Both the position numbers and the translations under genes were made by a program. From contig JANRJK010000022.1 of NCBI GenBank assembly GCA_033764015.1, positions 1 to 48,572 on the forward strand: 48,572 nt of DNA, given 5' to 3'. The notes under the pieces were generated by a model. The model ran no database searches and was not told the DNA's origin. It worked only from the letters and a program-made list of their open reading frames with translations. This DNA comes from Candidatus Sumerlaeia bacterium (GTDB taxonomy: Bacteria > Sumerlaeota > Sumerlaeia > SLMS01 > JANRJK01). Shown one piece after another: positions 1-9,500 of the stretch; position 1 is the stretch's first letter; the number at the start of each line of letters is the position of its first letter.

Positions 1-1
1 C

Positions 2-280
2 GCGGCGGGCGCGGCCGAGGCGATGGCGCGGGGCCACCTGCTGTTCGAGTGGGTCCATGCGCGGGAGGCGGCGAGGCTGGCGGAATACGGTCCGAGGCTG
101 GCGCTGGCGCTCGCGCGCGAATCGCTGTTGTGTCCGGGGAGCGTTTTCCCGACTGCTTTCCTCGGAGCGGTGAAGCGGATCGGAGGGGCCTTGGCGGCCC
201 GCCGGGCGTCCGGTTCGCGGGGCGAGCCCCCCGAGCGGGAGCTCCTCGCGCCGTTCCGCGCACCCGCCGCCCCGCCCTGA
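2..280 (+). CDS. 3' end of an upstream gene, truncated by the window edge; function unclear, possibly a glycosyltransferase
   Basis: Frame is open from position 2 to TGA at 278-280 with host-like codon usage, and ends just before the RBS of the next gene. Confidence 0.45.
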   Translation, partial: AAGAAEAMARGHLLFEWVHAREAARLAEYGPRLALALARESLLCPGSVFPTAFLGAVKRIGGALAARRASGSRGEPPERELLAPFRAPAAPP

Positions 281-288
281 GAGGTCTT

Positions 289-2391
289 GTGCTGCAGGCA
301 TCCGTCGTCATCCTCACGGCACCCCGCCCCGCGATGCTGGAGCGGTGCCTCGATTCGCTGACACGCCTCACGGTGGCGCCGGCGGAGGTGATCGTGGTGC
401 ATCCCGCCACGGCGCGCGCGCAGCTCCTGCCGCTCTTCGACCGCTTCAACGACCAGCTCCGGATCTCCCCGATGGAAACCAAGGGGGGCAGCTACGCGGA
501 GGCGCGCAACGTCGGAACGCAGAGCGCCAGCGGCGAGGCCGTCGCCTTCATCGATGACGACTGCCAGGCGGACCCGAAGTGGCTGGAGTACCTGCTCCCC
601 GCGCTGGACGGCGCGGTGGCGGTGGGGGGCTCGGTGCTGCCGGCGCGGCCCATGCCGGCGCCGGAGGGCTACTGCCCCGAGCTGGCCTGGGCCGCGGGCC
701 TCACGACGCCCGGATTCCTCGGTCCGGCGGGGGGCCGCGAGGCGCTGCCCGCGGCGGCGAACCTCGCCTTCCGCGCGGACATCGCCGAGAAGTACCCCTT
801 CCAGACGCTCGGCGGCGACTTCGCCGGCAGCGACGACGATTACGAACTCGGGCGCGAGGACGCCGAGTGGTGGCGGCGGCTGCGCCGCGCCGGCGAGGTG
901 GTCGCCGTCCAGCCGCGCGCGATCGTCTGGCACGACATCAGCGACTCGCGGCTGAACCTCGAGGCGATCCGCGAGCGCGCGCACCGCGACGGGCGGGCCT
1001 TCTGGCGGCGCGAGCGCTCCGTGCACGCCGTGCCGGGCGCCGCCGCGGACGTGATCGCGACGTGCCAGCGCGCGGTCTCCGGCGCGCTGGCGCCGCACAT
1101 CGATCCGGCGCAGGCGTGGGCCGCCAATTCGATCTGGGCGGAGCGGCAGCTCGCCTTCCTCGGCGCCGCCGTGGACGATCCCAACGGCACCGTGTCGCCG
1201 ACGGAGCGCACCCGCGCCTTCGTCGCGCAGGGCGCCGCGCAGCTTGGCGGGCTGGCGAAGGCCGCCGCGCGCCCGGTGCTCGCCTCCCTCTACCACGCCC
1301 TCAAGGAGGACCGCGCCAACCTCTTCGACTCGCCGCCGAAGCGCCTCCTCGTGGTGCTCCACCCCTTCCTCGGCGACGCGGTGCTGGCGCTGCCGATGCT
1401 CGAGCAGCTTGCGGCCTTCTATCCCGACATCGAGCGCACTCTTCTCACCAGCGAGACGAACCTTCCGCTGCTGCAGGACCAGCAGCTCGGCTACAACATC
1501 GTCCCGGTGCCGGCGAACGCGAAGGGCCACGGGCCCGGCGCCGTCTCGCGCCTGCGGTCGCTCGTGCGGCGCATCTCGCCCGACCTGGTGTTCCTCACCT
1601 ACATGCACGGCATCTCGCCGATCCCGTTCATGACGTGCGGCGCGGTGACCATCGGATGGACCCAGGACAACGGCGCCAACCAGCGGCTGTGGCCGCAGCT
1701 CCTCACGGTCCCGGTGGAGAAGCGGCTGGACCAGCACGAGACCGTGGCGCTGCTGAACCTGCTGGCGCCGGTGGGCATCAAGCCGCGCTACCAGCACCCG
1801 CGCCTGATCCCGTCGGACCGCACGGTGGAGCGCGCCCGCGAGGCGCTGGGCCGCTTCGGCATCCGCCCCAAGTCCTACGTGGTGCTCCACGTCGAGAACC
1901 AGCGGGAGCCGAAGTACTGGAGCCCGGAGGGGTTCGCGCACGTCGCCTCGGAGATCCAGTCGAAGACGGACTACGTGGTGGTGCTGGAGGGCTCGCGGTC
2001 GGGGCGCGCGGCGGCGGAGAAGGTGAAGAAGGAAGTGCCCTCCTGCGTGCTGATGCACGGCGCGCTGAACACGGCGGAGCTGGCGGTGCTGCTGTCGGAG
2101 GCGGTCGCCTTCCTGGGCAGCGACTCCGGCCCGGCGCATGTCGCGGCGGCGGTGGGCTGCCCGTCGCTGGTGCTGTTCGGGCCGTCGCCGGTGCACCGCT
2201 GGGGACCGCTCCCGGAGTACGACGGCTCGCCGGGCCGCGACCCGCGCCGCGTGCTCGCGCCGCCGCGGACGGACTTCACCGACGAGGAGCGCGCGCAGGT
2301 GGGCCAGCGCGCCGCGATCACGCTGCTCAAGCCCGAAGAGGTCGCCGCGGAGTTCCTCGGCCTGATCGCCGGAACCGAGAAGAAGTCCTGA
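289..2391 (+). CDS. Fused glycosyltransferase: N-terminal GT2 (GT-A) plus C-terminal GT9 (heptosyltransferase-like, GT-B)
   Basis: GT2 motifs SVVILT, ARNVG, FIDDD and EDAEW; GT9 motifs LGDAVLALP and FLGSDSGPAHVAAAVG..LFGP. GAGGT RBS at 281 precedes GTG at 289, so the ORF-track start at 49 is probably too early. Confidence 0.85.
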   Translation: MLQASVVILTAPRPAMLERCLDSLTRLTVAPAEVIVVHPATARAQLLPLFDRFNDQLRISPMETKGGSYAEARNVGTQSASGEAVAFIDDDCQADPKWLEYLLPALDGAVAVGGSVLPARPMPAPEGYCPELAWAAGLTTPGFLGPAGGREALPAAANLAFRADIAEKYPFQTLGGDFAGSDDDYELGREDAEWWRRLRRAGEVVAVQPRAIVWHDISDSRLNLEAIRERAHRDGRAFWRRERSVHAVPGAAADVIATCQRAVSGALAPHIDPAQAWAANSIWAERQLAFLGAAVDDPNGTVSPTERTRAFVAQGAAQLGGLAKAAARPVLASLYHALKEDRANLFDSPPKRLLVVLHPFLGDAVLALPMLEQLAAFYPDIERTLLTSETNLPLLQDQQLGYNIVPVPANAKGHGPGAVSRLRSLVRRISPDLVFLTYMHGISPIPFMTCGAVTIGWTQDNGANQRLWPQLLTVPVEKRLDQHETVALLNLLAPVGIKPRYQHPRLIPSDRTVERAREALGRFGIRPKSYVVLHVENQREPKYWSPEGFAHVASEIQSKTDYVVVLEGSRSGRAAAEKVKKEVPSCVLMHGALNTAELAVLLSEAVAFLGSDSGPAHVAAAVGCPSLVLFGPSPVHRWGPLPEYDGSPGRDPRRVLAPPRTDFTDEERAQVGQRAAITLLKPEEVAAEFLGLIAGTEKKS

Positions 2392-2398
2392 GCCGGAA

Positions 2399-3853
2399 CT
2401 AGCGGAGCACCGCGGCGAAGACCGCGGTCATCCCCCAGCCCACCGCCGCGAAACCCACGAAGAGCGCGCCGCGGAACCATGCGGCCGAGCGGTGCGGCGA
2501 CGCCGTGAAGAGCGTCCATCCAGCGACCACCGGCAGCAGCAGGAACAGCTCCGCGGGCAGCAGCTGGCGGATAGTCAGCAGGTGGAAGTAGCCCACGTAG
2601 AGGTCGAACCACGTTTCGACGAACGTGATGCCGAGGCGCGCCGCGAGCGCCGCCGCCAGCAGCCACAGGAACGCCCCGCGCGCGCCGGGGGCCGCGGGGA
2701 ACAGCCGGGCGAGCCGCGCGCCGCCGGGACCGCGCCAGAGCGCCAGCAGCGAGAAGACGGCGCCCAGCAGCGTGAGCGTCCGCAGCTCGTGCGCGCCCGG
2801 CAGGATGTGGTGTTTGTAGGAGAGGAACACTGTGTCGGCGGTGAAGAACGACATCTCGAGGTGGTACTGGCGACTGAAGGAGGGGATCAGCAGCAGCGGG
2901 CTGCCGCGGAGCGGCTCGGCGAGGTGCTCGCGGTTCGAGCGTATCACTTCGGAGATCTGCTCCTGCATGTCGCCCATGCGGAGCACGGCGAAGGCCACCG
3001 CGGCGGCGGGGATGGCGATGCCGGCGAGCGGCGCCAGCAGCCGCCGCCGCGGCCGCGCGGTCCAGCAGAGCGCGGTGAGCGCAAGCGCCGCCCCGGGAAG
3101 CGCGAAGAGCCCCGCGTTCGGCTTGATGAGGATCGCCGCGCCGAGCGCCAGCCCCCCCGCGATCAGGGCCGGGATGCCGGGCGCCCGTCCCGGACCCCGG
3201 CCGAAGAACAGGGCCATCGCCGCGGCGGAAAGCACGTGCACCGGAGTGTCGTTCGAAAAGCGGAGCATCTCGACCGGGAGGAACGAAGCGGCGTAGGCCA
3301 GCGACGCGGCGCCCAGCAGCGGATGGACGCGCCAGAGGACGAACACGAGCAGCAGCCGCGCCGCGAGGAACGCCGCCGCGCAGGCGAGCCGCAGAAGCAG
3401 GATCCCCTCCTCGAGCGCGAACAGGCCGCGGCGCAGCGCCCAGTCGAGCGCCTCGCCCGTGGCGCGGTGGAAGGCGGGGCGGTGGTAGGCGATGCCGGAC
3501 AGCGCGGAGGGCTCGCGCGGGAGCCACCATCCACGACCAAAGTAGTACTGGTTCGCGCGGAAGCCGTGGCTGCGGGCGATCTCCCAGAGGTCGCGCTCGA
3601 CCGGCTCCAGCGGGGAGGCCTCGCCGTGGCGCGCGAGCTTGAGCGCGTAGTCGACGTGCTGGATTTCGTCGACGGGGCTGAAGAGCGGCATCCCCACCGC
3701 GAGCAGCAGCGCCGCGGCGGCGAAGGCGGTGGCGAGGAGCGCGGCGGCGAAGGCGCGGAGCGCGGCGGGGATGTCGAATCCGGCGGCGGCGCCCGCGGGA
3801 ATGGTTGCCACCGCTCCGACGACCCTATTGGATGTGTCGTTGTGATCGGCCAC
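2399..3853 (-). CDS. Polytopic membrane protein, GT-C/DUF2142-like putative glycosyltransferase
   Basis: Many hydrophobic segments; P-x-DE-x-x-H (PVDEIQHVDY) after TM1; SND and IKPN motifs typical of GT-C folds. Confidence 0.6.
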   Translation of the reverse strand: MADHNDTSNRVVGAVATIPAGAAAGFDIPAALRAFAAALLATAFAAAALLLAVGMPLFSPVDEIQHVDYALKLARHGEASPLEPVERDLWEIARSHGFRANQYYFGRGWWLPREPSALSGIAYHRPAFHRATGEALDWALRRGLFALEEGILLLRLACAAAFLAARLLLVFVLWRVHPLLGAASLAYAASFLPVEMLRFSNDTPVHVLSAAAMALFFGRGPGRAPGIPALIAGGLALGAAILIKPNAGLFALPGAALALTALCWTARPRRRLLAPLAGIAIPAAAVAFAVLRMGDMQEQISEVIRSNREHLAEPLRGSPLLLIPSFSRQYHLEMSFFTADTVFLSYKHHILPGAHELRTLTLLGAVFSLLALWRGPGGARLARLFPAAPGARGAFLWLLAAALAARLGITFVETWFDLYVGYFHLLTIRQLLPAELFLLLPVVAGWTLFTASPHRSAAWFRGALFVGFAAVGWGMTAVFAAVLR

Positions 3854-4106
3854 CAGGGACCCCGCCGCCTTCCCGGCGCCCCCGGCGCCAAGGTTGTATG
3901 GGCCCCGCAGGAGCGGGGCGAGGTCAAGGACCCGAGGGCGGGCGCGCCTGCTTTGCCGTTGACCTCACCCGCGCCCGCGCTTAGCCGATGAAGGTCTCTT
4001 GGCGGGCAAAGTAGCGGCAATGGCCTCCCGGCGCCCAAATCGGGGGGGCGGGGCCCAAGCGGTCAACCTTTCGGATGCTCAGACGCAACGACGATAAGGG
4101 CAGCGG

Positions 4107-5915
4107 ATGCGGTCACTAAAGCGATGCCTCGGAGTGGACCTCGGCGCGAGTTCCGTGAAGATCGTGGAACTCGCAATCGAAGGTACCTCGGTCAAGGTGC
4201 TCCGCGCGGCGTCCGCCGACACGGGGGCCGACCCGACGATGCCCTTGGAGGAGCGGCGCGCGGCGATCATCGCGGCGGCCCGCGACTTGATCAAGAAGAG
4301 CAAGTTCTCGACCAACAACGCGATCTTCGGCCTCAGCGGCCTCAAGGTCTTCATCCGCCGCTTCCGCCTCCCGGCAACCTCGCCGGAACGCCTTGAACGC
4401 ATTGTGTTGTTCGAGGCCCGCCAGCAGATCCCCTTCCCGCTCGACAAGACCGAATTGCAGTACCAGTTCTTCCCGGTCGAAGGCGGCGCCGAGGTGGATG
4501 TGCTCCTTGTGGCCGTCCGGCTCGACGAGGTGCGCGACTACATGGCGCTGGTCGACAAGTGCGGCCTCAAGGCGCTGGCGGTCGGCGTGACCTCCTTCTC
4601 GCTCTTCAACGCCCACGCGATCATGCGCCTCGATCCGGCGCGCCTCGCGAAGCGCATCGAGTCGCTCGGCGCGAAGAAGAAGGGCGCGAAGGGCGCGGCC
4701 CCCGCGGCGGACGAGGGATTCGTCGCCGAGGAGGTGAAGGGCTACGTCAACATCGGCGCCGGCAGCTACGACCTCGCGATCGCCCGTCTCGCCAACGACG
4801 CCACGCTCGGCTTCACGCGCACGCCCCCGCTCGGCGGCAACGACTTCAGCCGCGCGATCATGGAGGAGCTGGCGGTCAACTCCTTCCACGACGCGGAGAG
4901 CATCAAGAAGAGTTCGGCACGCCTCATGACGTTCGATTTCGGGTTCGAGGAATCCGAGGAAGTGAACGAGCAGGCGTGCATGGCGGTCGGACAAGCCGCG
5001 GAACGCGTGGTGGCCGAGTTGCGCCGCTCGCTCGACTTCTACATCTCGCAGCCCGACGGCATGGCCGTCGACGTGGTCGAGATCAGCGGCGGCCAGGCGC
5101 TGATGCCCGGCATCGAAAGCTTCATGGAGGAGAAGCTCACGGTCCCCTGCGTGATCGTGCGCACCCCCCCCGAGAATTCCGGCTTCCAGTGGTCCGACGC
5201 GCTCGGGCCCATGACGCCCTACGTGGTGGCTTCCGGCTACGCGCTGCAGGGCCTCGGCCTTTCGACCATCACGGTGGACTTCCTGCCGCGCGACAAGAAG
5301 GTGGTCCGCGACTTCCCCTACCGCTCGGTGGTGGTGATGGCGGTGCTGGTGCTCCTGATAGTGGGCGCGACGGCGAACGTCGGCCAGAAGCGCGCGGAGC
5401 GCTACTCGCAGCAGGCGCAGAACCTTGAGATCCAGATCCGCGAGCGGCAGCGCCAGCTCGAAGCGTCGCGAACCGCCGGCGAGGAGAACCGCGCCGAGGC
5501 GGACCGCTTCGTGAAGCTGGGCCGCGCCTTCGGCCAGCGCGACTACTGGCTGCAGTTCCTCGCCAAGGTCGCCCGCGTCAAGCCGGTGGACGTGCTCATC
5601 ACCAACATCTCCATGGACCACGACGGCTTGGTGGTGATCCGGGGCCTCTCGGAAAGCTCCAGCTCGCCGGCGCAGTTCGTGAACGCGCTCAAGGAACTGG
5701 TGCCCGTATCGAGCCAGCTTCCCGAGATCACGGCCTTCGACAACCGCGCGAAGGACCCGCGCTACGAGCGCCCGGAGATCACCTCCTTCGAGATCCGCTT
5801 CAACACGGGCGACAAGGTGAACCACCTGCGCGTGACGCCGACGCCCGAGGCGTCGCCGGCGGCGAACTCCGGGGCCACACCCCGGGCCACTCCCCGTGGA
5901 CGCGGAGGTCGCTGA
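4107..5915 (+). CDS. pilM: PilM (actin-like) fused to a transmembrane segment and a PilN-like periplasmic domain
   Basis: GVDLGASSVKIVEL, EARQQIPF, VLLVA, NIGAG, ELRRSLDFY, ISGG and VDFLP, then a TM segment, a coiled coil and a PilN-like ferredoxin region (KPVDVLITNISMD). Confidence 0.88.
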   Translation: MRSLKRCLGVDLGASSVKIVELAIEGTSVKVLRAASADTGADPTMPLEERRAAIIAAARDLIKKSKFSTNNAIFGLSGLKVFIRRFRLPATSPERLERIVLFEARQQIPFPLDKTELQYQFFPVEGGAEVDVLLVAVRLDEVRDYMALVDKCGLKALAVGVTSFSLFNAHAIMRLDPARLAKRIESLGAKKKGAKGAAPAADEGFVAEEVKGYVNIGAGSYDLAIARLANDATLGFTRTPPLGGNDFSRAIMEELAVNSFHDAESIKKSSARLMTFDFGFEESEEVNEQACMAVGQAAERVVAELRRSLDFYISQPDGMAVDVVEISGGQALMPGIESFMEEKLTVPCVIVRTPPENSGFQWSDALGPMTPYVVASGYALQGLGLSTITVDFLPRDKKVVRDFPYRSVVVMAVLVLLIVGATANVGQKRAERYSQQAQNLEIQIRERQRQLEASRTAGEENRAEADRFVKLGRAFGQRDYWLQFLAKVARVKPVDVLITNISMDHDGLVVIRGLSESSSSPAQFVNALKELVPVSSQLPEITAFDNRAKDPRYERPEITSFEIRFNTGDKVNHLRVTPTPEASPAANSGATPRATPRGRGGR

Positions 5916-5917
5916 CC

Positions 5918-6451
5918 TTGGACAAGCAGAAACTCGCCCAGTACGGCCAGCTTATCCTCAAGCGGCTCGACCTCGCGGTGATCGTGGTCCTGATCGTCCT
6001 GCTGGTGGCCCAGATCTACGTCGTCATCATCAAAGAAGGCGGCTTCGGCCTCACCGAGCCGCCCCCGCCCTCCGACGTGCCCCTCGAGGACCGCGTCGCC
6101 ACGTCGCCGGAATACGCCCGCATCGTTTCGAAGTACCCCGAATCGGTCGCCCCCATCGCCGAGGACCCGAATCTCCGCCTGCTCGTGCAGAACGACATGT
6201 TCAGCCTCCGGGCGGTGCGCGAGATGGAAGACGTCCGGCGGCGGATGAACGAGACCGTGGACCAGGCGCAGCGCGACTTCGACGCGGGACGCGTCGCGGA
6301 AGCCCGCGCCGCCGTTCAGCAGGTGCTCCGGGACGACCCGACGAACCGGCGCGCGCAGGACCTGCTCCGCCTGATCGATCCGCCCGCGACTCCGACGCCC
6401 GCCGCCACTCCGGCCGCCGGCGCCGATTCCGCGGCGTTCGACGAAGAATGA
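5918..6451 (+). CDS. Single-TM hypothetical protein with a C-terminal TPR-like helix pair, in the pilus/T2SS operon
   Basis: GGAGG RBS before TTG, 2 nt after the pilM stop; N-terminal TM segment; TPR-like stretch EARAAVQQVLRDDPTNRRAQDLL. Confidence 0.75.
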   Translation: MDKQKLAQYGQLILKRLDLAVIVVLIVLLVAQIYVVIIKEGGFGLTEPPPPSDVPLEDRVATSPEYARIVSKYPESVAPIAEDPNLRLLVQNDMFSLRAVREMEDVRRRMNETVDQAQRDFDAGRVAEARAAVQQVLRDDPTNRRAQDLLRLIDPPATPTPAATPAAGADSAAFDEE

Positions 6452-6584
6452 ATACCGCGCGCCCGCGACGCACCCGCGAGTGCCCCCTTGACCCGCAACG
6501 CAACGGGGCTGCCTCTCGTTGCCATCAACAGATTTCCGCCTGCTTCGCTGGCCGTACCAACTCGGTTAGGAGATCCCCCTGGTC

Positions 6585-9500
6585 ATGAACCAGCCTTCCA
6601 CCAAGAGGTGTCTCTCCGCACTCGGACGCTCCGCCGCCGTGGCCACTTTGGCCTTTACGCTGTCGTGCGCGACCTCGTCCAAGAGCGGTGAGACCGCAAC
6701 CGGCGGTTCCGCCGCGACCGCGGCCTCCGCGGCCCGCGCATCGCAGCCCGTCCGCGACGAAGTGAACCGTCGCCTCAAGGACGCCCGCCGCAGCATCTCC
6801 GCCAAGAACTACGCGGACGCACGGCGCCATCTCGCCGCCGCCAAGCTCGCAGCCGGACAGACCGACATGGCCGCCGACGTGGCCCGCGTCGAGCGCGAAC
6901 TCGCCGATGCGGAGAACGCGCAGGCGGGCGCGCGCAACGCCGACCAGGTGGGCGCGCTCGTCGACCAGGGGCGGCAGCACCTCGGCCAGGACAAGTTCGA
7001 ACTCGCCCGCGCGTCGGGCGAGAAGGCGCTCGCCCTGGACCCCTCCAGCCGCTCGGCCAAGCGCCTCCTCGACGACGTCGCGAAGGCGGAACTCGAGTTC
7101 CGCGACGAGCAGGCCCGCGCCGAACTGAATCGCCGCGCCGACGCCGCCAAGGCGATGGAAGCGCGCGGTGAAACGGCGAAGGCGGAGGCCGAGTACCGCT
7201 CGATCCTCTCCGTCGATCCGCGCCACCCCGCCGCCGTCCGCCAGCTCCGCAAGATCGAGGACGCCCGAGAGGACGCCAGCGAGGCTCAACTCGCGCAGCA
7301 CCTCGACGCCGCCCGCGACGCGCTCCGCGCGGACGACTACGCGAAGGCCCGGGCGGAACTCGCCAAGGCCGAGGCGATCTCCCCGAACGACCGCTCGGTC
7401 CGCGGCCTCAAGGCGGACATCGCCAAGGAAGCGGCCAAGCCCGCGGCCACGCCGAAGCCCACCCCGGCTCCGCGCGAGGTGGCGCAGGCGACCCCGCGCC
7501 CGACCCCCGCCCCGAAGGCCACTCCGGCGCCCGCAGCCAAGTTGGAACCGGCGAAGACGGAGGCCCCAAAGGCCGCCGCCACGCCGAAGGCCACCCCGGC
7601 GCCGAAGGCCACCCCGGCGCCCAAGCCCACGCCGGCCCCCAAGGCGGAGGCCCCCCGCGACGAGGCCAAGGAGCCCGCCGCCGCCAAGACCGAACACGCC
7701 GCGAAGGCCGCGGAGCAGGACAAGGCGAAGGAGCGGGAATCCCGCGAGGCGCGCGACCGCGCGGAACGCATCTTCGAAGAGGGCATGACGCTCTACCGCC
7801 AGGAGAACCTGGCGCAGGCGCGCGACCGCTGGCGCGAAGCGGCCAGCGAGGACCCGTCCTACCAGCGCCCGGTCGAAATGCTCGCCCAGACCGAGGCCGA
7901 CTTCAACGCGCTCCTCGCGAAGGAAGAAGCCGCCGCGCAGTTCGAGCAGAACGAAGCCGCCGCGCAGGAAATGCTCAGCACGCTCATCTCCGTCGAAACA
8001 ACGGAGCCGAAGCCGCTCGCGGACTTCCTGAACGACCTCCGCCTGCTCTCGGGCATGAACTTCGTCATCTCCGGCGGCATCGACACCCGCGTCGAGGCGG
8101 CGTTCGAAGACCAGACGCTCCGCCGCGTGCTCGATTCGGTGCTGCTGCCGATCGGCCTCAAGTGGGACCGCAAGCCCGGCGAGATGATCGTCCAGGTCAC
8201 GTCGGACCTGCGCACCGAGGTGTTCTCGCTGACGCCCGAGCAGCTCGCGAACGTCGACTCGCTGCTCGAGAACGGAAGCCTCGGACGGATCCTCTACGGT
8301 CCCGCCGGCAAGGCCCCGCTCGAAGGGCAGGAAGTCTACGTGGACGACCGCCAGAGCGTCGTCGTCATCACCGACTCCCCCTCGAACATCGACAAGTTCC
8401 GCCAATTCCTCGACACGCTCCGCGAGGCGCAGCCCCAGTCGCTCGTCTTCCGCAGCTTCAGCATCCAGGGCGACAAGGCGGAGGACATCCGCTCGCTCGT
8501 CTCGGCGATCCTCTCGGTGGACGGCAAGTCGCCGTTCGATCCGGAGCGCCGCCTGATCGTGGACGGCGACACGCTGATCATCAAGGACTCGGCGGCGAAC
8601 ATCGCGCGCGCCGAGGAGCTCCTCAGCGACCGCAACTTCCTCAACCAGTTCTACTCGGACAAGCTGTCGGTGGCCACGTTCAACCTGACGCCGGCGATCG
8701 AGTTCGAGGACAATCCGGACTTGGCGCGCGCCTTCGGCGACCAGGTGCGCACGGTGGTGGAGACGCTGCTCTACTCGCAGGAGGGCCGCCGCAACGCGGA
8801 GCGCGAGGGGCGCCGCCTCTGGTGGGATCCCGCCACGCTGCAGCTCACGATCACCGACTACCCCGACAACATCGCAAACGTGCAGCGCTTCGTTGAAAGC
8901 CTGCCGCAGATCCGCTCGAAGCGCCGCTCCAAGCCGTTCTTCCTCAAGTGGCAGTCCGCCGAGGAAGTCGCCGGCGACCTCGAACGCTTCCTCGGCATCG
9001 CCGAGGCGGCCGATTCGGGCGGCGGCGCGACCGGCAACACGCTCACGCGTTCGGTCAGCGTGAACGACGACTTCGAATTCAACGGCGCGTTCTTCCGCGT
9101 CAGCCGCGTGGAGGAGAACAACGTCGCGGACGAGAACGACGACGCCGTGGAACTGGTGGTCCGCACCGGCACCACGAGCCAGGACGTCACGATCGAAGAA
9201 TTCCGCTCCGAGTTCGTGGAGGACTTCGAAGTCGTCGCGGACGACGTGCGCCCCTCGGCGACGCCCGGCCAAGGCCGCGCGCGCATCACGGTCCGCTACG
9301 CCCCCGGCGGCGACGCCGCGCAGGCGGAGGAGACCCCCGAGCCCACCCCCGTTCCGCAGGCCGAGCGCGAAGGCGTCCAGATCGACACGGTTCCCCGCCT
9401 GAGCCTCCTCTTCGTCCAGTACGACACGGCGGAGCAGCTCCAGGAAGTCGAGTACTGGATCCAGACGCTCGACGTGCCGACGCTCCAAGTGAACATGGAG

